Source: Lingula anatina (Eukaryota > Animalia > Brachiopoda). From it: a DNA stretch of 64,000 nt. This document shows positions 1-9,515 of the stretch, piece by piece. The notes beneath the pieces are model-generated. The model saw only the letters and a list, made by a program, of their open reading frames with translations, had not been told where the DNA came from and made no database searches. Made by a program: the position numbers and the translations under genes. Positions within the stretch are counted from its first letter, which is position 1. Each line of letters starts with the position of its first letter. The DNA is taken from the NCBI GenBank assembly GCA_051362555.1, contig CM120642.1:19468001-19532000 (forward strand). Direction: 5' to 3'.

Positions 1-730
1 TAATCAAACAGTCACACTGTCCAATCCCTGTAATGCATGTCAAATAAAGGGACGCTTTGGCATACGTGCTTAACCTTGGGGATTCTTTTTTCATGATGTT
101 GCTTTATTTCCTTTCAGATGCCTTTGTGTTTATCAGTAAGTTGTTTTTCATCATTCTTTGATGGTAGTTAGATCATTCAGGAAATTATCTTACAGTTAAT
201 TTTGATCTCGTTAAATTCGAAATGTGTGTTATTCAAGAAGTAAAACAACTTGGACTTTATTAATTTTTTGTTCCCTTACACTGCAGTCACTTTGTTATCA
301 GTATACATTTATTAGCTTTTGTGGCAACATCTAATTTACATGTATATAGGTCTATCTACTGATAGATATATGTCTTGATTTTATACAAGTGCACACTTTA
401 CATATCATTTTCAAGAACGTTGCATTTCAATTTTCAATACAAAAACGCTTTCTTCGAGTTTGAATATGCTTCGAGCATTAGATTGGTGATGTCTGAATTA
501 TCGGCTATCATTTGATACGGTTTTCGTCATATCAAATATCTGAAGCTGAGCTAACTAAAGTTTTACTTATTTTACAAGTTTGATCTCGACTAGCAGGAGA
601 GCGTTTTTCTTTTGATGTACAGGTACTTCTACGCTCAGCAAAAAGTCCCCTTAGTATTTGCTTAAAATTCCAAGTAAAAGAAAAAGGAAAAATCATTGTA
701 AAGCATATAAGAGTACTAAACTCAACATAC
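1..730. repeat. End of a degenerate ~0.5-0.9 kb interspersed/tandem repeat block (same family as 13800-15300, 31450-43470, 58580-63900)
   Basis: Contains the family core 'acagtcacactg.ccaatcc.tg.aatgcatgtcaa...gacgctttggcatacgtg...gctttatttcctttcagatg' and downstream modules found many times later in the window. Confidence 0.85.
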
Positions 731-968
731 ATATGGGGGTGGTCGGCTCATGCCCTAGTTAGATTCCACTTTACCAAAATAACACGATTCAGAAATGGGC
801 CTCCGAGGACGTGTATTTTGACAGCGCCCCTTGCATAGTTGAGAGCGACTTTTAGAGTGTGTTAGGCTTCTCGCCTTTATTATAAGGAAAGATCGTCTCT
901 GATAGGAAGGTAGGTGTCTCACCTACATAGTAGGCCCATGAGATTTATAGATACTGATCTACATAGGG

Positions 969-984
969 TGCCCTGAAAAGGGCA
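969..984 (-). terminator. Histone 3'-end-like stem-loop (copy 3)
   Basis: Minus strand GAAA-TGCCCT-TTTC-AGGGCA-CCCTA: 6-bp stem, TTTC loop, G-C at pair 2, U-A closing pair. Confidence 0.55.
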
Positions 985-2230
985 TTTCGTGATTGGCACG
1001 CCTGTCGAGGGAAGGGGAAGGGTGGACAGGTGTTTGGGGGTGGTCGGCTCATGCCTTTGTTTAACTACCTCTAATCAAAATAACACAATCCAAGGCTGGG
1101 CCCCTGGGGACGTGTGTATTGACAGCGCCACTAGTTAAAAGCTTAGAGATTGTTTGTTGGACGCTCGGGATTGAGAATTGATGCTCTAATTCCCTTGGAT
1201 TTTCCTCCGTTACGCTTGTGTAAAGGAGTGATTTGATATATCAGTTTATAGTTATATCTGACGGATTGAGTGTGCGTAGCCGTGTACAGTGTACTGTGTG
1301 AGGCGTCTCACTTCAGCGTGGTGTAGAAAGAGGCGTCTCACCTCTGTATGAAAGTGACCAGAGAAGGTTTGTACGAGAGACGTACAGCCTGGAGGGGGGA
1401 GGGGGTGGACTGGTTGCAGAAAGCGCTTTTCGATCAACAAGTGACCTTCATCAGCTGCAGAGTCCGAAAAAAGGGGGGGGGGGGTGAGGGGGTGGTCAGT
1501 GCTGTATAGCAGCAAATGGTTTTCCCCAGGTGGAGAGAACCAGGTTCTCATCAAAGGTGTCTTGCCTTTGTGAGTGTGTGTCTGCTTACGCAGATTGTAA
1601 GTGCACTTTTGTGCGAGGACGTCTCGTCCTTACAAAGGTGTCTCGTCTTTGTATGTGTGTATTTGCTAGGCAGATCACAGTGAGAGAGTACGTTCACAAG
1701 TGTCCCGCTTGGCGATATAGTGAATCCACGAAAGTATCTCGCTTAGGTGGAGGTGTTGCTTACTGACAGCGGCACAGTTAGGTGGTGAGGACAGTCACCT
1801 GCGTGTCACTAATGTGAACCAAGGAGTTCTGACAACGACGTGTTGATTGCTCAATGGTCGAAGTAGAACTGATTTTGCAGGTTGCCCTCTGGTTACTAAA
1901 TAGTCTAGGGCGTCCGTTGATTGGTCGACACTCACGGTCTTTTCTGATTGGATGAAATTTATTTGGAGATTAGGATTCGAGGTGTGAGGTTATCCTCTAG
2001 TTCTCGGGAGGGTGGTATTGATATTAGGGGAGCCACTGTTACTTTGTTTTCGGCCAAGCGGCTGGTTATTTTCATCCTAATAGCTCGTAGCTTTTAATAA
2101 GGTTTGAGATAGACGGTTCAGCAGATGTGTTTCTTGTCCTTTTTTAGTTAATTAGATCCCGGTGGTGTTAAAGCCGGGCGAGTATTCTCCGAATTATTTA
2201 TTTTCTAATGTTTTTATATATATGAGCATA

Positions 2231-4646
2231 GCTTCGCTATGCCGAAGGTTCGCTGTGCCGAGGGTTCGCTATGCCGAAGGTTCGCTGAGCCGAAGGTTCG
2301 CTATGCCGATTGTTTTTATTTTGTGCCGAAAGGTTCGCTGCGTCGACGGCTCGCTATGCCGAAGCCATCGTAGAGTTAGATACCCCATACTTTGAAGAAA
2401 ATATTTTGAAAAAATATCTTTTTTTATTAAAATAATATATAATAGCATTACTAGCCTTTAATACTACAAAGAACATGCATTACACACTATATTTTATGCA
2501 TATATAATTGCGTATTTGTATATACAATTACGTAAACATACAGGTTTATTCTGTGTGTTAAATATAAATTAAATAATATATCAGTTAAATTGATTTTTGA
2601 GTAAAAGCCTTCATTCATTTTGCCGGTAGGGGACAGCGCGCTATGCCGAGGGTTCGCTGTGCCGAGGGTTGTGCCGACAAAACCGGAAAATTGGTCTAAA
2701 ATCGGCTAAGTTTTTCCGGAGCCCCAAAATCAAAGGTTCGCTATGCCGAAGGTTCGCTGTGCCGAAAGGATCTGGTTCGCTGTGCCGAGGGTTCGCTGCG
2801 CCGAATAATTCGGCTACCCATCACCCATTGTGCTTATATAACGTGACGAGCAGTGGCCTTTTTTTTTTAAATAAACGAGTTTAAAAAGTTCTCTTCTTCC
2901 ATCCATACCATTTGAATTTGTTAAAACTGCGCATTGAAAGTATATCCTTATGGACATAAACATCTTAAATCGCTTTAAATAATCAGTTCTGTAAGCTAAT
3001 TTATTAATTATTTTTGGCACTATGCCCGCACGAAAACGAAGTAGATACTCCAGCGCAGTAGACTACTGCAATCATACTGCAAACATGCTTCAAATCTGCT
3101 TCGATGGGGGAGCTAATTAGCATATTTGAAACATGCTTCTATCATGCTGCTAATCTACTGCATTAATGCTCCTCCTCTGTACAACCCTATGTAATTTTTG
3201 AAGTAGAATTGCAGTAGGCTATACTGCATTTCTACTGCAAATATGCTCCGCACCACTACTGCGTTAATGCTTCTTTGCTACTTCGATACTACTGCATTTT
3301 CGTGCGGGTGGCACTATGGCACTATGGCACTATGGCTATCACCCACTTTAGGAAATTACTGAAAAGAAAACTTTCTCTAATTATTTTTGGCGAACTTGTA
3401 GTTATTGTGTGTGTGTAAAATTAACATCTTTTTTATTTATTATCATTATACTTTTAGTAGTCGTAATTGTCACATGCAGTTATTTTAGCTTCGTATTTTT
3501 GTTATTATCTATCTAATTACTATTTATTATTGATTAAATTAAAAAAGTACACGACTGAAAACAACAACGAAACGATTTGCCCCCAAATATAAGGAAGCTT
3601 ATATTACACTTGCCACAAAATTGATCGTTGGCCTATATCGCTTGGCAAAATGGGGACAGCGCTATGCCGAGGGTTCGCTGTGCCGAGGGTTCGCTGTGCC
3701 GACAAAACCGGAAAATTGGTCTAAAATCGGCTAAGTTTTTCCGGAGCCCCAAAATCAAAGGTTCGCTATGCCGAAGGTTCGCTGTGCCGAAAAAGTCGGC
3801 TACCCATCACCCATTGTGCTTGCTATATAACGTGACGAGCAGTGGCCTTTTTTTTTTAATAAACGAGTTTAAAAAGTTCTCTTCTTCCATCCGTACCATT
3901 TGAATTTGTTAAAACTGCGCATTGAAAGTTTATCCTTATGGACATAAACATCTTAAATCGCTTTAAATAATCAGTTCTGTAAGTTAATTTATTAATTATT
4001 TTTGGCACTATGGGCGTCACCCACCTTGGGAAATTACTGAAAAGAAAACATTCTCTAATTATTTTTGGCGAACTTGTAGTTATTGGGTGTGTGTAAAATT
4101 AACATCTTTTTATTTATTATTATTATACTTTTAGTAGTCGTAATTGTCACATGCAGTTATTTTAGCTTCGTATTTTTGTTATTATCTATTTTAAAATAAC
4201 TATTTATTATTGATTTAATGACATATAGTTTTATATTTGTGTGCTGTGTTACTTTTGATAATTAATTGCGTTAGCCAACTAGCACATGTACCTCTCAGAA
4301 CTGATAAAGATACTTATTTAAATGTCAGAATACGTAACGAAATATGTAATGCATGTTCTTTGTAGTATTAAAGGCTAGTAATGCTATTATATATTATTTT
4401 ACTAAAAAACGGTATTTTTTCAAAATATTTTCTTCAAAGTATGGGGTATCTAACTCTACGATGGCTTCGGCATAGCGAGCCGTCGACGCAGCGAACCTTT
4501 CGGCACAAAATAAAAACAATCGGCATAGCGAACCCTCGGCATAGCGAACCTTCGGCTCAGCGAACCTTCGGCATAGCGAACCCTCGGCACAGCGAACCTT
4601 CGGCATAGCGAACCCTCGGCACAGCGAACCTTCGGCATAGCGAAGC
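2231..4646. mobile_element. Foldback-like non-autonomous DNA element with ~260-bp inverted arms built from a 16-bp tandem unit
   Basis: 2231-2490 is the reverse complement of ~4345-4646. The unit TTCGCTRTGCCGARGG repeats in both arms and internally. Internal tandem duplication ~2630-3540 vs ~3650-4215. The short ORFs here are repeat artefacts. Confidence 0.8.
3025..3308. mobile_element. MITE with CCC...GGG termini nested in the foldback element
   Basis: TIR cccgcacgaaaa / ttttcgtgcggg, flanked by a TG duplication. Absent from the sister internal copy near 4010. Confidence 0.75.
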
Positions 4647-4779
4647 GCCTTGGGCTTCTCGCTTTTCTGATGATTTCTTTCAAAGTATAGAGATGGTTTC
4701 TCACCCATGGGAAGGGACAAAAGAGTGCTTTTATTTGCTGGTTGTTTATTTATTTCTTTGTATGAATATTTTGGTATAG

Positions 4780-4820
4780 CTTTTCCTGAGCATGTGTGTA
4801 GCCCTGAAAAGGGCTGTTTT
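4780..4820 (-). terminator. Histone 3'-end-like stem-loop plus HDE-like element (copy 2)
   Basis: Minus strand AAAAC-AGCCCT-TTTC-AGGGCT-ACACA (stem-loop 4815-4800), 22 nt after the TGA at 4838. CAGGAAAAG (4788-4780) follows 11 nt later. Confidence 0.7.
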
Positions 4821-4837
4821 AATTTAGTGCTGCTTGT

Positions 4838-5322
4838 TCATTTGAGGCGCTTCAGGGTGGCCGCTGTGCGGCGTTTTGCTTTGGTGGATGTGACGATCTT
4901 TTTCTTCTTGGATTTCATCGTAAGGAGTAGGGCGCGGACCTGTTCCAGTAGATCTGGGTTGGTGTTGGAAGTCGGTTGAGGGCTTGCGTTTATTTCGTAC
5001 GTCCCGTGTATCTTATAGAAGTCCTCTGTCTTGGATTCGCGGGCTAGGGCCTCTTCATGATACTCTTTGGCTCTTTTCAAGAAGTCCTCTATGTGAAGTT
5101 CGATAGTATATGTCTGATTGCTTCTGATGCCTTGTCCTGGATGTCGATCAGTTGTGAAGTGAGAGCTTCGTGGCCAGGGCATCCTATAAATCCACCCTGG
5201 CCCTGACTTTGTGCGCTCCCCTTTCTAGTTGTTTGTTTATGTGGTTTGCCCATTCTGTACAGCCCGTGGTGTACTGCTTGGTTTCCCTCACCTCCCTCAC
5301 CTCCTCGTAATGAGGATTGTTA
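4838..5322 (-). pseudogene. 5'-truncated, frameshifted tandem duplicate of the 176-aa non-histone ORF
   Basis: Near-identical to 5395-5877. Retains the intact basic C-terminus KSKKKKIVTSTKAKRRTAATLKRLK* and has frameshifts upstream of TIELHIEDF. Confidence 0.7.
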
Positions 5323-5335
5323 CATTTTGGTATAG

Positions 5336-5376
5336 CTTTTCCTGAGCATGTGTGTAGCCCTGAAAAGGGCTGTTTT
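5336..5376 (-). terminator. Histone 3'-end-like stem-loop plus HDE-like element (copy 1)
   Basis: Same AGCCCT-TTTC-AGGGCT-ACACA stem-loop at 5371-5356, with CAGGAAAAG at 5344-5336, downstream of the stop at 5395-5397. Confidence 0.7.
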
Positions 5377-5394
5377 TAATTTAGTGCTGCTTGT

Positions 5395-5924
5395 TCATTT
5401 GGGGTGCTTCAGGGTGGCCGCTGTGCGGCGTTTGCTTTGGTGGATGTGACGATCTTTTTCTTCTTGGATTTCATCGTAAGGAGTAGGGCGCGGACCTGTT
5501 CCAGTAGATCTGGGTTGGTGTTGGAAGTCGGTTGAGGGCTTGCGTTTATTTCGCACGTCCCGTGTGTCTTATAGAAGTCCTCTGCCTTGGTTTCGCGGGC
5601 TAGGGCCTCTTCATGATTCTCTTTGGCTCTTTTCAAAAAGTCCTCTATGTGAAGTTCGATAGTATGTTTGATTGCTTCTGATGCCTTGTCCTGGATTTCG
5701 ATCAGTTGTGAAGTGAGAGCTTCGTGGCCAGGGCATCCTTTAAAATCCACCCTGGCCCTGACTTTGTGCGCTCCCCTTTCTAGTTGTTTGTTTATGTGGT
5801 TTGCCCGTTCTGTACAGCCCGTGGTGTACTGCTTGGTTTCCCTCACCTCCCTCACCTCCTCGTAATGAGGATTGTTAGAGGCGCGCGGGGAATTCTGCCC
5901 TTAGGTGGGCCCGTTCTGTGCCAT
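5395..5924 (-). pseudogene. Intronless ~176-aa helical protein of unknown function with a Lys-rich C-terminus (one premature stop, one 1-nt frameshift)
   Basis: aaaaATGgca at 5924 is in frame with ORF 5409..5855 (MAQNGPT*GQNSPRASNNPHYEEVREVRETK...). Restoring one base from the duplicate gives 177 codons ending at TGA 5395. Confidence 0.6.
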
Positions 5925-5984
5925 TTTTGCGATTCCTGTTGTCTAGGTTTTGGCCGTTTGTGGTTTTCTCTGCTTTGTTTGAAC

Positions 5985-6370
5985 CAAAGATGTTGCAAAG
6001 ATGTTGCAATATTCATCACAGTAGCATGCTATATTAACAACAGAGTCTACAGTGTTCCCATCGTACAGACAAAACTTTTCATCTGCCATCACTTGAATCC
6101 AATAATTCGGCAGTGGGAGGCACATTTTCGAGAGGAACGGTGCTAGTTGCAGGTCTTTGGTTTGAGGCTGTGAAAATATTGCCCGAATTGTCTATACGTG
6201 TCAAAATAGCTCTGGTAGTTGCCGATGGTGCTGGGTCACTGCACGGATTGTCGCAACACCTACTGCCTTCTCGCTGGCAGAACACAGAGGCCAGGAAAAG
6301 CGTGAGCAAGACTATTGCTCTTGTGGCCCCGTGTATCATTGTGTACTTGCGTATACCGCTGACTTTTCCT
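5985..6370 (-). pseudogene. Truncated third paralog of the SMB-domain gene (signal peptide to SMB motif)
   Basis: ATG 6339 MIHGATRAIVLLTLFLASVFCQREGSRCCDNPCSDP... aligns with genes A and B. Frameshift after PLENV, then NYWIQVMADEKFCLYDGN...CYCDEYCNIF, then cut by the 732-5985 block. Confidence 0.9.
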
Positions 6371-6998
6371 AGGAAGAGAAAATATACTACAATATTAAAT
6401 AGATAAACAGATAGAGTCACATACGCATAGAGATTATTTATATGAAGATGACCTGGAAGTACCATTCAACGTAATTCATTTCACTCAAACCTTTCCACAG
6501 CTGGACTTATTCACTCCTTAGTTACCTGAAATTGTGAGCAAGTTTAAAAGAATGTATTTAAATAAAGTAATAATAATCACTTGTTTACGAAAAACACTTA
6601 ACAACTATCAATTTTACTTTAATATAATTTTGATGAAGTTCGTTACTAGAAATACCTTGTATATATTGTTGTCTTGTAAGTCTAACCTTTCCCAGAAGTA
6701 ATGAGCAGTAAAACATAAGGGGCATGGTGGTTAATTCAGTATGATAGTTTGGTTAATCTTTTTCATTCGTGTCGGTATTCGGGTACGCATACCGATAGTC
6801 CGAAGGTTCTGAATTCGCACCGCAATAGTTGTCGGCCATCTTAACTCCAATTTGAAAGTAGCCGCCAGATGTAGCTCAAGCAGGGGAAGACGACACTTGA
6901 AGCCCAATTAGCCTTTTTCATCTTTTCCGGAAATGGAAATTGCATTGTGGGCAGGGGAGCCCTGCTACGTCGAAACACTTACAGCGGTGCTAAAAACC

Positions 6999-7800
6999 AT
7001 GGCTGGGTTTACGTGCTTTTTGTCCCGCTACTACAATAACAGTAAGCGAGATCGACACATGAGGTTTAATAAGTTCCCAACAAACCCGTTAGAATGAAAA
7101 ATATGGTAGAAAGAAAGGAAAATATAGCAGGTTTGGATCAAAAGCAGGGCACCGCGTTTGCGCTGAACATTTCGAAGGCGGGAAGAAAAACTATAATATT
7201 AGGAGATCAACGGTGCTTTATAAAAAACAGAAATGCTTAGTTAAACAACGGATATAACGAACTATCGGCAAATAAAACTCGGGGGTAAAAAATGCGAGAA
7301 AAAAAACATTATGAAGATTTGAAGAAAAAATTGAAGAATAGCCCGGGGCCTAAAAATTAAGAAAAGACTTCAAGCATGAGATTATGGAAAAAGAAAGTAA
7401 AAGCTGTGAAGTTTTACACGGGGATTCTACTTACAAAAAATTCAAGAACTTTCACGACTTTTTGTGTAACAACAAAGAGAAGGTTTGAAAAGTTTTGTAT
7501 GTAATGTCCTTTTTGTGTGTGTTTTATTGATAAGTGATCATTTTAAATGTTGTAGGCCCATCACAGGTTTTAGTCTCTAATAACCCTTAGCAGGGTGGGT
7601 TCTATTTTTTTTAACGTGAGACGTCAATAAAATTTTTATTATTATGTATTCAGTCCCGTATACGTAGGCTATTACTGATTTGTACAAACGGGGCTCATAT
7701 TATCAAGATCAACAGAGACATACGAAGAAGAAAATACATCGGCTCTTGTTGAACGCGTTATCGGCGAAATAAAAAGTTATTTATTTCTGAACTCAATGAC
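6999..7800 (+). pseudogene. Degenerate THAP-finger plus DDE_Tnp_4-type (ISL2EU/PIF-Harbinger-like) transposase remnant
   Basis: Manual translation: MAGFTC..P.YYNNSKRDRHMRFNKFP...GHRVCAEHFEGGKK (THAP C2CH), KAVKFYTG...YKKFKNFHDFL (~7400), VERVIGEIKSYLFL (~7750). Many stops and frameshifts. Confidence 0.65.
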
Positions 7801-7856
7801 AAGAGAATTGGAAAATACAAAAAAATGCAGAAAAGCCTTTCTGTAAGCTACACGTA

Positions 7857-9515
7857 CAGGGTTACTACTTAATATGGAATATTATTTTTTGGCAAGTTTA
7901 TTTTCTACAAAATATTCATTTTCTCTCTAACTACTTTAAATCCAAAACTGAGGTGTCACTCCATGTGTAGCCAGGTGTGTTACCTAATTACCATACAACT
8001 GTCGAAACAGTTGATGCATGCAGTTGCATGTTCTGTGGTCAGAAATGTGAGGGGTGGTCTTTTCGGCAATTTCTGCCCTTGTATAAAAACGCATGGGTTG
8101 GCCAATCTTTGGAGTGTATTTAGAGAAGCAACAAAGATATCGCTCTGAAACTTGACAGGTACCTTGAAGAAGATATGGTTCGACAGCTAAGCAACGCAGC
8201 TTACTATGGGATTCTTGCTCTCGGAGAAAATGGCAAGATACTGACAGCTATTGCCAGGCAATGCAACATTTATCAGGAACCGTTAGTAAAGTCCTCCAAA
8301 GAAAAGCTACAAAAGGGGCACCAACCACAATAATTCGACCAGGGTGTCCGCGTATCACACCAAGAAGACAGGATCGCCTTCTCCTCAGAGTGCGCCGTGC
8401 TGGTCGTACAAAGACAACCAGTGTCCTCAGAAAAGAGGGGCAGAAGGTCATTCAAACGCCCATTTCAAGATCCCTCGTGAACAAGAGATCACTGCAAGCC
8501 GGTTATTTTGCACGAAGGCCAGTAGGGAAACCACTGTTAACAGCAGGTCATACACAGCGACGTCTGCAATAGGCTGGGGACACGTGCCTTTGCAGCCAAA
8601 ACATTGGAATCACGTCGTTTTCAGTAATGAGGCCAGATATGGAGTTTTTAGGGTTGATGGTCGGATCCGTGTCCGCCGACGTGTACGAGAGGCATAAAAC
8701 GATGATTGTGTACTGGCTAGGGTGCAAGCAGGGGGTGTTAACGTCTCTGTTTGAAGAGCATTTTATGCCGGTGCCCAGAACCAGTTGGTTTTTCTAGGAG
8801 GCAACCTCAACCAGGGTTCCTACAGAGACATTCTACAGCAAACAATGCTTTGATTTGTAAGAGTCATCTCCAGGAACAGTTTTGTGTACCAAGACGACTG
8901 CGCAACCCCACATCGAGCTCGCAGAATCACTGTTTTTCTTCGAAACCAATGGGTTCAGCAACTGCCCTGGCCTGCAAACTCCTCAGATATGAACCCAATT
9001 GAAAGTCTGTGGGCGGAAGTAACTCACAGAATTAATAGCTATGGTCATCGGCCGGTAAATAGTGATGAACTGCGACAGGCAAATATCACTGCGTGGAATG
9101 ATATCCCCATCCAAACTCTAAAAAACTTTTCACAAGGTATGCCATGTAGGATGAGGGCGCTGCAAGAGGCTGCTGGAGGTCATACCCGCTATTGATGACT
9201 TTTCATGATTTACTGTAATGATTTCTTTGACTGTGTAACATATCACTGTCGGGAGGCTATCATTTTCTTTAATATCTTAGCTTAAAATTAATACTGACAT
9301 CAAACTGTTAATATGGTTTTCTGGGGGTGTTCTTTTCTTTTGAATGACATCTTATGTCAGATTTGATATTATTGACCAAAATATCTAACAATAGAAGACT
9401 GGATATTTTTATCACTCAATGGCATACGTTTTTGATGAATCAAGCCAATTTTTTTTTTAATCAGCCCTCAAAAATAACAATGATAAAAAATATTCCATAT
9501 AAAGTGGTAACCCTG
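7857..9515 (+). mobile_element. Full-length Tc1 DNA transposon (1659 bp), inactivated
   Basis: TIR cagggttactactttaatatggaatatt vs aatattccatataaagtggtaaccctg, TA target duplication at 7855-56 and 9516-17. Confidence 0.93.
8175..9195 (+). pseudogene. Tc1 (DD34E) transposase pseudogene
   Basis: Fragments RPGCPRITPRRQDR, WNHVVFSNEARY, QDDCATPHRAR, WPANSSDMNPIESLW and GGHTRY* lie across several frames. Confidence 0.92.

Larger units (their letters stand above)
732..5985 (-). mobile_element. Unclassified GC-richer inserted block (possible retroelement or viral remnant) with internal direct repeats and histone-type 3' stem-loops
   Basis: Abrupt composition change at ~732. Direct repeats at 734-838/1035-1135 and 4768-5322/5324-5877. 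Recurring motif RGGYGTCTCRC. The right edge truncates the SMB pseudo-exon at ~5985. No RT or transposase motif was recognised. Confidence 0.5.

Noticed and set aside
915-955. Minus-strand YYVGET resembling a Penelope GIY-YIG endonuclease
   Set aside because: It coincides with the recurring non-coding motif GGTGAGAC; no sustained frame or RT was found, so a Penelope call is unsupported.
2162-4720. Repetitive ORFs (RRFAVPRVRYAEGSLC...) and a CRISPR-like appearance
   Set aside because: These are translations of a 16-bp tandem repeat, with no unique spacers or cas genes, in a eukaryotic context.
5395-5924. Histone H1 or core histone gene call based on the stem-loop and Lys-rich tail
   Set aside because: No recognisable histone-fold or H15 globular-domain residues; the basic tail is only ~25 aa.
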